From Batkoa obscura (taxonomy: Eukaryota), in the NCBI GenBank assembly GCA_030770535.1, contig JASVEC010000002.1, forward strand, positions 992,001 through 1,056,000: DNA of 64,000 nt. Reading direction: 5' to 3'. Numbering within the stretch: the first letter of the stretch is position 1; each line of letters starts with the position of its first letter. The notes under the pieces are model-generated. The model saw only the letters and a program-made list of their open reading frames with translations, searched no databases and was not told the origin of the DNA. This document shows, piece by piece, positions 1 through 14,612 of this stretch. A program made the translations under genes and the position numbers.

Positions 1-2206
1 ATCGATTAGGATTAATTAATTATTTTGATATTTCTAAAGAATATAATATAATCAATAATTATCAACAATTGTTTAAAATAGGTATGCCATTAGAAGTAAA
101 ACTATTAGAAACAATTAAAGAAGATAAAAAAATTGTTAATTTAACTTTAATTAATTGTAAATTATCAACTATCAAGTATGATATTTATCCAATAGCTTAT
201 CAATCTTTATCTGAAATTAAAGTGGATAGTTTATTAACTGGGAAAATGAATTTGACAGATGTAAAGAAGAATTTAATGAATGGATTTGCTTTAAAATTTC
301 ATATTAAAAATAATGAATATTCAGAATTAAAAGATATTAATGTTAAAGTACAAATAGATCAATTACAAGATAATTATAAAGATATTATTAATTTTATTAA
401 TGAGAATTATAATTCCTTTTTAAAGTTAAAAGTATTACAAGTTAATGAAGATACAATATTTGCTTCATTAAGAGAGTCCATTGTTAATAGTAATAATTTT
501 ACTGGAAGTGTTAAAAACCAGTTATTTGAAGCTATTGAAGATGAATTAATTGAAGGCAATGAAGTTACTGGGTTTGTTAAAAAGATTACAGATCGTGGAA
601 TTAAATTATATTTAAACAACGATACTTTTGCTTTAATTGATAATGAAGATTTGATTAATTCAATTGGTAAAGATTGGAATAAAAAAATTCAACAATGTGA
701 TGTTTTAAATGGAAAAGTTAAATCGTAAGTTTAATTCATTATTATTATTATAATCAAATAACAATATTAATCTCATTACTTATTAGTATTATTGATGGCA
801 AAATCAAACTTAATACTATTACTCCAATCAGTAGTATTATCCCCAAACTTAAAGTCAAAAAACCAATTATTATAGAGAATGGAAGTTTTGTAATTGTCAA
901 AGCCAAAATATTAAGAGCCCATAAAGGAGCAATTACTATGTTAATATTAAGAAATCGAAAATTGGCTGTTTGTGCTAAAAATGATCATCGATGTGAATTT
1001 CCAAAGAATATTAATAATTTAAAGAAAAATCAAGTTGTAGATGTTGCTTTAATGGATTTTGATGAAAACAAAAATGCTTATTTAGCTTCATTTAATCAAT
1101 TAAGTAAAGATGATGAAGACAGTGAGAACGAAAGTGAAGAGGAAGAGGAAGAAGAGATGGAAGACATCAAAGAAAGTAAAGAGAATGAAGATGAAATTGA
1201 TATGGAAGAAGAGGTTATGGAATCATCTGAAGAAATGGAACCATTGGATATTGATGAAGATGTAGAATCTTCAGAAGAAGAAGGGGATATTATGGATATT
1301 GAAGATGAAATGGAGGACAGCGAATCCGAATCTCAACCAAAAAAGAAAAAAGAAAAGAATCGATATTTATTACCAGAAGATACTACGGCTGATCAAAAAG
1401 CACCTCAAGTAGCTGATGATTATGAAAAATTAATTTTAGCTTCACCCAATGCCTCTTATCTTTGGATTAATTATATGGCGTATCATCTACAATTAACTAA
1501 TTTAGAAAAAGCAAGACAAGTTGGACAAAGAGCATTACAAACAATTAGCTTAAAAGAAGAAAATGAACGATTTAATGTTCATGTTGCTTTAATTAAACTA
1601 GAATATAAATTTGGAACCAAGGAAACATTAGAAAAGCAATTTCAAATATCTAAAGTATCAGTTAATCAACCTAAACATTTGTATTTACAATTAGCTAATA
1701 CTTATAAAGAAGATAAAAACGACCGAGAAGTAGAAAAAGTATATTTACAAATGCAAAAACGATTTGCACAAAGTCAAAAGATTTGGTTGACTCAAGTGGA
1801 ATATTATCTAACTAAAAAACAAAACGAGCAAGCACAAAAAATATTATCTCAATCATTAAAATCATTACCAAAAAGAAAACATATTAAAATCATTTTCAAA
1901 GCTGCTCAATTGCATTATAAATATACGAATTTTGAAACAGCAAGGACTTTATTTGAGGGGATTTTAGCCAATTATCAAAATAAATTGGATATTTGGGCCG
2001 TTTATATCGATATGGAAGTTAAGTATAGTAAAGATTTAGATTATGTTCGAGGTATTTTTAATAGAGTATTAAAGCTCAATTGGTCATCTAAGAAAGTTAA
2101 GTTTTTGTTTAAAAAGTATTTGGCTATTGAAAATCAAAATGGAGATGTTCAAAAGATTCAACATGTTAAACAATTAGCGGCGGATTATGTCAATTCATTG
2201 AATTAA
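1..2206 (+). CDS. RRP5: rRNA biogenesis protein Rrp5, 3' part (gene starts left of the window); intron 725-786
   Basis: S1-like repeats (GNEVTGFVKKITDRGIKLYL), an acidic linker, then the Rrp5 C-terminal HAT/TPR region (DYEKLILASPNASYLWINYMAYHLQL...ARTLFEGILANYQNKLDIWAVYIDME). GTAAGT...TAG intron 725-786 joins ORF 69-728 in frame to ORF 938-2206. Confidence 0.93.
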
Positions 2207-3501
2207 AGAGAAGGAGAGAAGAGTTTATAGATTTATTATTTTTATTCTATTTTTAAAATATTAAGAAATAAAATTGGTTAATTTTGAAATTATCTATTAC
2301 TATCTTTTTTTTTAAATAGTTTCAAAATTTCAAAGGTCTATTGTGTATTTATTAAATTATTATTATCAATTATAAAAAATATGTATTTTTTTAAGAATTT
2401 TGGTAATAGTTTTTCCACATAAATAATAGCACTTAAAAAATAGAAAAAATAACGAAACCAAAAAAACACCCTCATATGTTTAAATAAATAAAAAGTGAAA
2501 TATAATCTATAAGTTTTATTTCTTCATAATAGAAGTTTACTTTAGCTTCAATTTATCTATTGATATAAACACTTTCTAACTCATAATTCACACACTGAAC
2601 CCTTTTCATCTTCTTTTGTATTTCCTTCACTACTAGTTTTCCGATATTTTTCACAGCCACTGATTTCACTTGTATACAAAAATTAGCTTAGTCCATAAGA
2701 CTTCAATAAAATAACCCCCTTTTATTTTCAATTTTAATAGTCAAACTATTTTTTTCATTTCTTTAAATATTTAATTGTCTCAAGAAAGCTTCAAATTCAT
2801 CCCTGAATTTCTATTGACAATACTCTATTTTTGATAGTTTATTAATTGAAAAGGAGTCTATCTTTTTTAGTTATTTAAAACTATTCCTAATTGAATCTCA
2901 ATCTTTTATTACAAGTAAAAAATCAAGTAAAGTTAAGTGATTTGATTTTCTCTGAAATTCAAAACTCAATACAATCAAGTTTTTTAAAACCTAAGTACTA
3001 ATTTGATATTTCACTTTTTGCTAGCTAAGTGATATTTAATAGTTGAATTTGATTTAAATAATATGAAGTAGCAAAAATGGTGTAGTTCTAGGGTTTACTG
3101 AAAACTAAGCCAACCATCTTAATCAGTGTATTAAGCTTGAATTGACAGTTTTTTTTATAATAAATTGAATAATTATTATAACTTCGATTGAAACAATAGG
3201 ACTATTTCATATTTTATATTTTATATTTTATATATATTATATTTTATATATTTTATATTTTGTATTTTATATTTTCTCAGTTGAATCATGACTATTAAGA
3301 TTCTTGCATTCAACAAATTCAAAATTCGAAATGTTCATGTTGAAATAAAGCAGCAGTAAATAAGAGTAAAATTCAATTAGAGCGTCTTTTATTTTTTAAA
3401 ATCAATAAAAACTAAAAACAGATTCCATAAATTTTATTTCATGATAATAAAAATCACTTTAGTTTCAATTCTTCCATAGATTTAAAATCACCTTAAAAAT
3501 T

Positions 3502-5250
3502 CTAGTTCTTCCCTACCTTAACCCTTTTCTTATCCTTTTTCACCTCCTCCAAAATCAACCGTGCTATGTTTTTTGCTGCTACTGTTTCTACTTCCATACA
3601 AGAAATCGCTGGTTCCATTGCATTTAAATAGTATAGCCCACTCTCTACTTTAATTTTTGGAAACAACAAATCTTCCCCATTCCCTTTTTTTAATATTTTC
3701 ATTTTAGGATAAGCTAACCAAGGTTGATGAGTGATCTTTTCTTTACTGATTTTGTTTTTCAATAATGTATTCAAATAATCTTCTGGTAATTTTTGGTTAG
3801 CAGAAATAGTAACTATTTGATCTTGAGTATTTTGAGAGATAACGGTGTAGGGCAGAGTCTTATTATAACCAAAAATAAGTGAAGGTACAGCTTCCGTTTC
3901 TTTTAAATTAAAAAATGTCGGATTTAAAGTATTTTCTTCAATAATATATTCATGTACTGGTTGATATTGTACCTCTTCAGATGGCCAATTTAGCTTATTA
4001 AATTTGATTTGACTTTGATGATAAGGTGTAGCTATTATTACATAATCATATACTTTATCTGAAGCTAAGCCATTAATATCAAGAGTATATCGAGCCTTGG
4101 ATTTATCTTTTTTGTTACGAATTTTATGTATTTGAGTGATGGCTGAATTAAGATGTAAATTAGCAAAGCTATGGGCCACATATTGCTGGAAAATTTCTTG
4201 ATTACCCTTGATGGTGGTGTACGCTCCATCCACTACATATAAGTAAGAAAAAAAATTATTTCATTACTATTGCATTCAATTGAACTTACCTCCAATAAGT
4301 GCAATAGCGCCCGCCAAAGCATGTAACTCATTATCAATCGTATAAATATTTCTTGAAATAGCTTGTAGCATTTCATCAGTAAACATTTCCCCAGCTCTCC
4401 ACTCATTGATTAACACTTCCCTAGTCGTCTTCTTTGCATACTCCAAAATTTCTAATCTCTGAAATAATTCTTCTACAGTATTGAAAGTTGGAAAATCCGA
4501 TTGATATAATTTTAAAAATTTAGCCTTTATAGTGTTAGCAAACTTACTGGCTTGGTAGAATCCCCAACCGTATCGGTAATAAAATTGTGCTTTGTTGTAA
4601 TAACTGGAGTCCAATTTGGACACAAATTGTTGTCCATTGTATAAACCAAAGTCACCTTCACCACGAGCAGTGTCTGAATAAGCAATGTCGAAATCTTGGG
4701 TTGCGTTCTAAATAATGGGTTAAGGTGATTACTAAATAAATATTTAAAATCATTATGAAAACAGATATTTACCATAATATTATAATTCACACTAATAAAT
4801 AAATAGTCTATTAATATTTTATCCAGAAAATTACAAAAAAACTTACTTAACAAATACACCACCTCCTAATTCAAATTTGTTCTCTTTTTCTAAAGTTAAA
4901 GACTTAATTCGTCCACCTACACGGGGACTTTTTTCAAACAAATCAATCTCAAATGGTAATCGATGGAGTTCATCAATGGCTAATTTACCAAGATAATAGC
5001 TTAAACTACTTCCACCTGCACCAGCTCCAATACTATATAAATGAAGTAAAAAGTTAGTAACATGTAGTTCTAATGGGAAAGGAAGGGAAAGGATAAATGG
5101 TTTAATGGAATTTTAAAAAAACACTTACATAGCTACTTTAATTAAATTATTGTTGTTATCTTTTTCCTTAGTAAAAGACTTTTGTCGTTTGCAAGTAACA
5201 AAAGTTATAAGAGTAAAAAGAATTGATAAATAAAAATTATCGAGCTTCAT
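3502..5250 (-). CDS. Prenylcysteine oxidase/lyase (FAD-dependent, signal peptide), multi-exon
   Basis: Manual splicing from ATG 5250 gives a hydrophobic leader, then KVAIIGAGAGGSS (GxGxxG), FEKSPRVGGR and FELGGGVFV. The C-terminal ORF has YDYVIIATP, WLAYP and LYYLNAMEPAISCMEVETVAAKNIARLI, typical of the PCYOX1 family. Confidence 0.88.
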
Positions 5251-6566
5251 TATACTAGATTGAAAAACTTTTAAATAAAAAAGATAAAGATTAATTTCTT
5301 TGTTTTGGGTTGAAATAGTTGAGCATTTTTTTTACAAAATTGATTAATTTAGTTCATTAGTGACATCACCCCATTTATGCTATAGGTTTAAGAATAATAT
5401 GAAAGAGATTTGTATTAACATTTATTTTATTGAGAGTTTTTTTGATAAACGAAATAGACAAAAGTAGAAATGTGGTAGTAATATATATAGATTTGAAATA
5501 GGTCATACAAGTTGTTGTTTCTACATAATAGTTTGTAGTTATTATTCTATAGAAACTAAAAATTCATGAGCTTATCTAAAAGCTTTTATTTCCACCCTTA
5601 ATCAGTCTTTAACTTAGTAATTAGAACTTCAATTTAGCCAAAATAGAAAAGTGGAATTTAAAAGCAGAATTCTCAAAACCCAAAACATAAAATTTAAAAA
5701 AAAATACTATACAAAAGATACCATATCAATATTACTCTAATAGCTTGAAAAAAATTCTAAAAAATATAATAACATTTTTTTAATCTCTTAAATCCTTTTT
5801 AATCAAACTTGCGAATCTGCTCAAATTTATTACCTTTTTTGAAAAACTAGAGAAATGGGTATTTGGATTGAAATGTGAGCGATTAACCACATACAGATTT
5901 TATAACTCTCTTTTAATTTATTTGATGATAATTTTTACAATCAATATGCTTATATGTTCAATTTTCTATAGCTCAATTCCTACATCTTTACTAGATTTTA
6001 GTCTAATTTTTTTCTTAAAAGAACAATTAATAAAGTTGTAAAAGAATTACAATAGTTCTAATAACCAGACTATAGAATTGGGCAACACTATGATGTCCTA
6101 ATAGGCTAATTTTTATTATGTTGTTTATATTGGGGCTATAATAAGTACTTATATAAAGAATATTATGCAGAGTTGAAAAGTTGAATGTTTTTGAGGTTGA
6201 GTATACAGTAGTAAAAAAAGATAGCCAATGTTATATTCGAATGTTTTTATGAGTATCAAATAAAAAGAAGTATCTTTAAAAAGGTAATTGAGTTTTAAAT
6301 AGTTAATAACTCTAGCAATCTACTTTCAACTAACATTCTATAAGTGTTTTACTTTATTACTGCTTTTTATATAAATGCAAGGAATATTAAATTCAAATAT
6401 TAGTTTGATATTAAATAAATTTCATACTTCAAACAGCATTTTATAAAATGTTAAAGTTACATTAAATAAATATTCCTAAAACCGTCAATATTCAAAAATG
6501 AGTAGGATATATATTATTTTATATTACTTTTGAAGTTTATAAAATATTGAAACCTTTTCTAGATAT

Positions 6567-6664
6567 GGGGATGTACTTTTATATTTAAAAATTTTACAAC
6601 AATTTTTCCGCATAAATAGTACTTAAGAAATGGAAAAAGTGACGAAACCAAAAAAAACACCATT
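6567..6664 (+). mobile_element. ~98-bp MITE copy (family described in findings)
   Basis: ATAT|GGGGATGTA...GGAAAAAGTGACGAAACC...|ATAT; matches the other copies. Confidence 0.75.
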
Positions 6665-7332
6665 ATATATTAAAATAAATAGATTAATAGCCATTTTACT
6701 ATGAAAATAATAATAAACTCTTTCTTTTATAAAAAGTATCCTAAATACACCCCTTTGAAAATGTATAAAATCCTGGGTTGGCAATTTTACAAGCAAAATT
6801 TCTAAAATATTAACAATTTTTAACATTTTGTTAAAAATTTTGCTTGCAAATGTTCAATCTCAGTGTTTGAAACGTTTTTGAAGAGATGTATTATGTTAAT
6901 GAGTATTTTACTCGAATTCAAATAACATAATTAATAGATGATATGCTTTTTGAACCAACTTGGATATCCAAAAAAAAAATTTGAACAAATAGTTGAAAAA
7001 TTTTCTTGATAACAACTTGATTCAAAATTAAACAAACAAACTGTTATGATAAAAATTACCAGTCTTTTCTTCACCCTAACTAATTGATTTTCCCTATAAT
7101 GTTTTTTTTAAATCAAATTGAAAAAATATTCTTACAGCTTAAGCTCGGTCAAATTTATTTGGAGCTTTAAATTTTTTCGAATCAAGCTATAAAAGTCAAA
7201 TATTTTTACTGTGGTAACGTCAATTATAAAGCAGGAAGGGTAAAGGAATGAAGTTATTAAAGTATAGATAACAAATAAATTCAAAAGTCCCAGCTTCAGA
7301 TAGAATAATATTTTGTTTTCCGTTTTACATTT

Positions 7333-7796
7333 TGTGAAATATCGCTTTCTCAGTCTCATGGTTAATTATAGCATAACAATCGCCTAAGCTGTTGTGTTCT
7401 CGAGTTCAAAGAAAATCAATCCCATGTTCTTAGTTTGATTTGATATGAGAATTTCTATATTCGTCTCAAAGAATGTTCTCCCCTCGTTTTGACATTTATA
7501 CTTATCGGAGTATAAAAGAGATTCTAAAACATAATAACTCGAGGCTTTTTAACTGAATTATTACCTGATATCTCGAACATTTAATAAAGCCACTAAGTTT
7601 TCTTAATAATATTTTAGCTAGATTTTACATTAGTATTGTCTATTCTATTTGTCTTATATAGCTTGTAACCTATCACGTGCTATTCCCCATAATCCAAGTC
7701 TATCTTAGTCACATAAACTAAGACCTTTCGACTTATAGTGTAGTCAACCCAGTAATAGCTGTTCTTGACTCCAAACCCTGAGTACCAGATTTCACA
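7333..7796 (+). mobile_element. Solo LTR (464 bp), copy 1
   Basis: TGTGAAAT...ATTTCACA termini, 4-bp direct repeat ATTT on both sides; homologous to 52498-52957 and to the reverse complement of 53754-54216. Confidence 0.85.
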
Positions 7797-8440
7797 ATTT
7801 TCATTATATTGAATTAACTAAGCTTAGAACAAAGTGGTCTCAGTAAAAGCAAAAGGAGAGATATCATTAATTGATACTTTAATAGAATTAGATGTAAATA
7901 GCTCAAAAGCTAGTTAAAAAGGGAAAGAGCTGGAGAAAAATCAAATAGAAAAATAAAACTTAAGAGAATTAGAAAGTGTTATAAAATAAGCTGTATGGTT
8001 CTATTACATTATTATATACTTCAGTACAATCAAGTCAGTTAAAAAAAATATTAATAGAATTTTTAACTATATTTTATAATAAAACAGCTGTTGATGTATT
8101 ATAGCATTCTGTTTTTTAATTTAGATTGATTTTTACTTTGGTCTTTTTTAATTTTTTTAATATTTAGTTTTATATAATTGAAAAATAAATTTACAAAATT
8201 TATTTAAATTTGCAGAGTCCAAATTAAAATAGATAGTTCGTATCATATATTAACTTTAAATATTTTTATTAATATTTGTCTATATAATTTTGACAATTCA
8301 ATTAATAATTGACTCGAAATACACCATACTCATAATAAAATAGTTGTATTTATATTATTGTGAGCTTCATAAAAATCAAAATTGTCATGATTAAATATTT
8401 TAACTTAGAGCTCAATGTTCAAATTTTTGATAAAAAATAT

Positions 8441-8539
8441 GGGCATGTATTTTTGTATTTAAGATTTTTAATAACAATTTTTCCACTTCAATAGCGCTTA
8501 AAAGATGGAAAAAGTAATGAAGCCAAAAAAGATATCCCC
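8441..8539 (+). mobile_element. ~98-bp MITE copy
   Basis: ATAT|GGGCATGTA...ATATCCCC|ATAT. Confidence 0.85.
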
Positions 8540-8713
8540 ATATAGTATTGAACCAAATACATTGCATTAAGGTTATATTTAACTATGTATTCTAAGTGCT
8601 ACAATCGGATTTAAACAAAAAGCGTACAAAACATTATAATAAGTACTTCATAGATAGAATAATCAGCATAACACCACATCAATGAATTTATTTTTGGCTT
8701 CGATTTAATATAT

Positions 8714-8804
8714 GGGAGTGTTTTTTTGACTTCATTATTTTTCCATTTTTAAGCGCTATAAGCAGAAAAGTTAGTAAAATTCTTAAATACAAAAATACAT
8801 CCCC
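8714..8804 (-). mobile_element. ~98-bp MITE copy (inverted relative to 8441-8539)
   Basis: ATAT|GGGAGTG...TACATCCCC|ATAT. Confidence 0.85.
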
Positions 8805-9969
8805 ATATATAGTTAATAAGTTCCAGGAATTTCCTTTTAAAATTTTATCAAAAGTTTGAAGTTTGAATATGATCATATTTCTAGACTTTTACTCCGCTCG
8901 TTTAAATTATAAGAAAACGTTTAGATAACTGTTTATAAATTGCCTTAATTTATCTAGCTACCGCTAGTTCATCACCGACATTATATTTAATCTGTAATAG
9001 AGAATGCTTAACATTATTTAAACTTTTGCTTAACTTTAAATCATAGATGTTTTTCATTTCTAACAATTTTTGCCCTTGCTACTAGTTTTGTATATTAAAA
9101 TTAAGTGAATCAAAACAATTCATTTAATTAGTCTCATTACTAGTATAGTAGCATATATCTCGTGTCATTGTTATTGACACCTTTACATTCGACGGCTAAT
9201 ATGGTTAATAGATCATGAATTATATTGTAACAACTTATAAAACTTATTATTACTTAATCCCAGAAATCAAAAATTAATTAATCAATATTGACATCAAAGT
9301 TCATATAATCGAAGCTTATGAATTATAACAATTAATTGACCGCAAGAAGGGAACCCTATAAGGTATTAATATATGGCAACTAAATTCATTTTTATTACTT
9401 AAAAGAAAGTAATTTATTAATTATTAAGTTTTGTTACAACTATTGATAAATTTTAATAGAAGGAAATTTTTGTTAATATAGGTGTTATAAAGAAAATTTT
9501 TTAGAACTCAGATTTTTAAAATTTAGGTATAAAAGGAAAACTGTCTAACTGAGTAATAAATTGGCTTAAAGAACGTGATTTCTAGGTTATCGCTTCATAG
9601 CTTGGAACCATATTTTTATTCAACTTACCTTTGATTTGATGCTAATTATAGCTCCTAAATTTAACCAACCATCAAGATCTTTAAATTCCGTTTTGCCCAA
9701 TCATGCATTGTTTTTAGGGTATTAGAATTACCCCAAACTGAGTAAATGAAGAGGAACTCAAAGTTTGACTTTGTGTAGAATTAGGCTTTTAAATTATAAA
9801 ATTTCTTCATTTCATAACAAACAATTCATCTTTTTTATTTATATTAGAGATCTATCTATCATCTACCAATATAATAAAATCAATATATAAATTTAGGTCT
9901 CCACAATTTAAAATTGACTATTAATCTCAACTCAAGCTTGCTCTTTATAATAAGAGTTATCGAGTTAAC

Positions 9970-11334
9970 ATGTCTTTACTTAATAAATTTGTAAGCCTTT
10001 TTCTATTACCAAAATGTTAATATTAACAACAATTAGAATTCTTTATCTAAATGGGTAAAATTATCAATAATATCCTCTTTTTTGCAAATATTAGTTATTT
10101 GCAGTTTGGAAGGAGTAATATTTGAGTTCGTTTATCGTTATACAAGTACAATTCCAGCCTCCCCTTCAAATAGTGAAGGAGATAGTGAAAGAAAACAGGC
10201 AGAGAGAAACTTTAAGGCTTTACCTACTTACTTTAGTTTATTTTTATTCGCACAATTCTTTCAATTCATACTATGTGTTGATGCTGTAAGTTCTTATTAA
10301 TTTTGTGATATTTTCTAATCATTCTTTTAGGCACTATATCAAAATACAATCCAAATTTCAATGTTAGCACTGTTTAATTTCTTACTTTTATTTTATGCAT
10401 GTACCCAATTATACCAAACAACTAGTTTAAAAGAGAATATTAAGATGATACTACAACAAAAATTAGATGAGCTACCGAGTACAGCCACAATCATCAATTT
10501 GGAAATAAGTATAATAGTCATTTTAGTATTATTTGCAACCTCATTTGCTTTTGTTGCTTATAAACTTTATCAAGAATATGGATGGAATTTATACAAACGT
10601 ATTGGGGCTGATTTACAATTGAAAAGTAAATATACATCAATAATAATATGATAAATGATAACATTTGGTTAGGAATGTTTATGGTCTACCACGTTTTTGT
10701 AATGATATTAAAATTTGATATTTTATTTTTTATATCATTTTCAACACAATATCTCGTACTCGTTATTTACCCTGATAAGAACCTTTCATCTGATTTTATA
10801 GTACATCTCACTGTTTCATTAGCTATTTGTATTGTATTGTCCTCTCTTGCATTTTGGTCGGTAAGTATAAGTAAACTATTTTTTAAATTAGTACTAAAAG
10901 TGATACTTAGGTACGTACCGAAAGTAAATATGGAATAGCTGCATTTGCAGTTGGATGTATAGGGGTTTTGGGATACTTTATTAGTAAGTTATATGATATT
11001 TATCTAAAAGAAAACGAATCAGAGCGTGCGAGGAGGTTTGGATCATCCAAGATAACTCTAACTGTATTTATAACTTTTTGTATATTATTTTCAATAGTAA
11101 TTTTATTTAATTACAATTTCATCAAATAGTAACAATTTTTTAGCTGACGGTAATTGGTTCTATATTTTGCTATCGTAATTTCGGCCGTGGACTCAAAGAT
11201 ATAAGTAATAAATTTTTAATATTTATTTTTATACATATTTATTTTTGAGTTTAGTTAATAACAATCATCATGGCAAACTACTTCCAGATGAAAGAGCAAA
11301 TACACGTAGTAATTCTAGATGGTCTTTAGATTAG
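9970..11334 (+). CDS. Multi-pass membrane protein, UPF0658-like fungal family; multi-exon
   Basis: ATG 9970, first intron 9991-10036; several hydrophobic helices; motif LYQEYGWNLYKRIGADLQLK...ILKFDILFFISFSTQYL, NFGRGLK, and C-terminal RWSLD* (stop 11332-11334). Confidence 0.75.
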
Positions 11335-12097
11335 AAAGCTCCAAAATTTCAATTGAGTATTAGAATGCATAAATATTCAGATGGGACTTATTTTTAATAT
11401 ACACAACTAATTTATATAAGTGAGGTTATGGAACAGTAATACTCGAATTTAGTTTGCTATTTATTGTTGATATTATTTTTTAAATTCTTAAATAGTGGGA
11501 AACATTAATCAAATACATTTTTTTATAATAAAGTAGTTTAAATAATAGTAATTACAGTATTTTAGTTTTAGTTTTAAATTCAATATAATGTTGTTAAGTA
11601 AAATGTACTTTTTATAGATATTAGTTGTATTTGAAATAATTAAATAATATTATCATAAAATCATAATAAATTATTAATAAGAATGAAAAAAGATAACCAA
11701 TAACTAATAACGTCCTCTTTGACCTATCATCCCCTCCTGATCTTGATAATTTCATCTCTATTAACTGGATTAAACATGAAGCCTCAATGATCTTTAAACT
11801 CAAGGAATAGTTAAATATAACATAAAATTAAACCTGATTTTACCATGAATCAATGTTAAATATAGTCTAAATTTAAAATTTTATTGCTTATTAAATTGTT
11901 CAATAATTAAAAATGATGAATCATCCTATTTTATTCAAGTTTCAGTTATTTCAGGCATGATAAAAATATAATACAATTTTAATATACTTTATTTCTATAT
12001 TGTTTCTATATTGTTTTAGCTTTATTATAAAAAACTCTAATGAGTTTCTCATTTTATGTTATACTTTTTTACTGACTATCGTTTGAAAATAAAAAAC

Positions 12098-13102
12098 TTA
12101 ATCATCTGATTCATTTTCGTCTAACTCATTCTCTTCTGATTCATCTTCATCAGAGTCACTTTCTTCCGATTTACTTTCATTTGACTCGTTATCTTCCGAT
12201 TCATTATCTTCTGATTCATCATCTTCTTGGTCAGTTTCTTCATCTTTACCAAAGAAACTATCATTATTAATATTACCTTTGGGTTCTTCAGTTTCTAATA
12301 ATCTCGTTTAAATTTTATCTTATAACAATTCAATGATTTTACCTTTAATAGAATCAGTAGTAATATCATCTTTTTTAGAAAATGTGGTGCTATTAGCTGC
12401 TTTTTTGGGAAGTTTTCCTTCCAAAACTTGTAATTTAATTTGCTCTCGAATCTCTGTTTTTCTAATATCTGACTTTGTCCCAGATTGATCTTCAGCTGCA
12501 TTATTTGGATATAAAGAAATGTATTTTTCAGTCATAGGGAAGTGCTAAGATGATAAGACTTTGATTCTAAAAAGATAACTAAAAACTTACTAAAATATAG
12601 TTCAAGTCAACATTAGCTTCAAGTAATTCTAACTCTAATGATCCTTTTTTATCATCATCATCTATTTCCATTAATTCTTTTTCTATCTTTTTGATTTTCC
12701 TTTCTACTTTCTTCTTTTCAAAGAACATTACCATCTTATATTTATCTCTGTTTTCTTTGAGCTTCTTTTCTAACTCGCTTTCTTCTATTTGAATTTGTAA
12801 TGCTTTGAGTTTACGTTCCATTTCCACTTTAACTTGGGTACTCAAGTTAGGCTGAATATTGATATTAATTCAAAATGAAATGAAAAATTAAGTACCTTTT
12901 TTAAAAGTCGAATGGTATCTCTTAAACTCTTTTTGAGGTTTTTAGCCTTAGTAACAGCTTCGGTATTTTCACCATTTAGTTTTTTGAATGATTGATGCTT
13001 TGGTTTTGAATCTGCTTCATCCTTTTGTTCAACTTGTGGCTTTTTTCTCTTAGCTATTGGGGTCCTGTTAGCATTGCTATTATCTATTCTTTTATTTACC
13101 AT
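12098..13102 (-). CDS. EFG1: rRNA-processing protein Efg1; 4 exons, acidic C-terminal tail
   Basis: LKKSLRDTIRLLKK...KYKMVMFFEKKKVERKIKK...VDLNYI-HFP-TEKYISLYP are Efg1 family motifs. Last intron ~12295-12342 joins the DSFFG/acidic tail, ending at TAA 12098-12100. Confidence 0.88.
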
Positions 13103-13901
13103 TTTAAAACTGAATCGAATTTAGTTAAAAAATAATTGTAACAGAAGTTTCGAAAATTAGAGTTTACAATTTTATATAAAAATCAACACAATGCTTTTGC
13201 ATGAAACATTAGCTTTTCCAGGATGTATATGTTTTACAAGTTAACTCATTTTTAAAAGACAATAAATTATTTATAAGTTTTAACAAGATACTCGTAATAT
13301 TCATATATAAGCTCTATTGGTTCATATATCTAATATAAACTCTAAATGTCTTTATCTCAAATCAAATAACTATTAGCACTTATCCAGTATATTTTTCAGA
13401 ATAACTTGAAGTTATAAAGGGTATGAACTTCAAGAACGTTATTTCAAATTGATATATAATATACACTACCAAAGCTTTATTATTTTTTAATTACTTTTTA
13501 AAGTATGGATGAGTAGTTTTTTTTGTCTCATCACTTTTTCCTTTTAAACACTGTTTGAGCAGAAAAACTACTAGTAAAATTCTTGAACAAAAAAATACAT
13601 CTCTATATTTAATTGTTTATTGTTTTGATATTCAAATTTTAATTCCACCCAAAAATTTTACAAAAGAAATGGTTCAAAACCTTAAAAAAATCATGAAGAT
13701 CTGAAAGAGAAAAAAAAGCCAAAATTAGAAGTGTATGTGAAAATCAAAGCAATAAACTAACTAAAAATAATAAAGAGTGATCAACTAAAGAATGACTTAA
13801 AGGTAGATCAATATTCTAAAATATGAACATTTTTCTGAGCTAACCCTTATCTTATTTTTTTCTATTTAGGTTGACCCTATTCCTTATATTACTTTAAAAT
13901 T

Positions 13902-14612
13902 ATGAAGTTAAATAATTTCTTCTTATTTTTATTTACCACTGTAGCATTAGCTGGCGTTATTAATCAAGACACTGTTGATAATGAGAATGGGATTGATTTT
14001 GCTGATGATGCATTAATAGAGCTTAATTCGAATGTGGATTATGGTAAATCGACTGTTGATGTAAAGGACGAAGCAGACGATAAAGCAGTCGCAATATTAG
14101 ATATATTGAAGCCTGGTATACTAGGACCCTTGTTATTAGAAGGCAAAAACTTTGATTATGAAAAAATTGGTCTTAGCAAGAAAAACTATTTTATAATGAA
14201 AAATGTATTATTGCCTAGATTAAAGAGTAAAGTGACTAAAGAGGTTAAGAATGAATTGAAGAAAATACGTAAAGGAAAGTCCAGTGCAGAGATCAAGAAG
14301 AATTATCGAGATAATATTGATCTTATTGCTAGCTCAAACTTGAAGGAGCTTGAGGACAAGACTTTGAAGGATCTAGTTAAGAGGTTCGGGAACAACAAAG
14401 AGTACCTTAGTGATATTCCTATCCTTATTATTTACCTCAAGGATTTATTTGAAGGTGAAGTGCTTAAGGTAGTCGATGAATTTTTCACTGAATGTAACCA
14501 ATACAGACCTGATGTAGCTATAGTATTGAAAAAGACCATTGATAAAATCCAGAGTAACTTTAGAATTTTCCCTAAGGATTACTACAGATCATTAAAAAAT
14601 GCTTATCATTGA
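13902..14612 (+). CDS. Hypothetical secreted protein, 236 aa, intronless
   Basis: Clean ORF with signal peptide MKLNNFFLFLFTTVALA; acidic N-terminal part followed by a helical-looking charged region; no family recognised. Confidence 0.75.
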   Translation: MKLNNFFLFLFTTVALAGVINQDTVDNENGIDFADDALIELNSNVDYGKSTVDVKDEADDKAVAILDILKPGILGPLLLEGKNFDYEKIGLSKKNYFIMKNVLLPRLKSKVTKEVKNELKKIRKGKSSAEIKKNYRDNIDLIASSNLKELEDKTLKDLVKRFGNNKEYLSDIPILIIYLKDLFEGEVLKVVDEFFTECNQYRPDVAIVLKKTIDKIQSNFRIFPKDYYRSLKNAYH

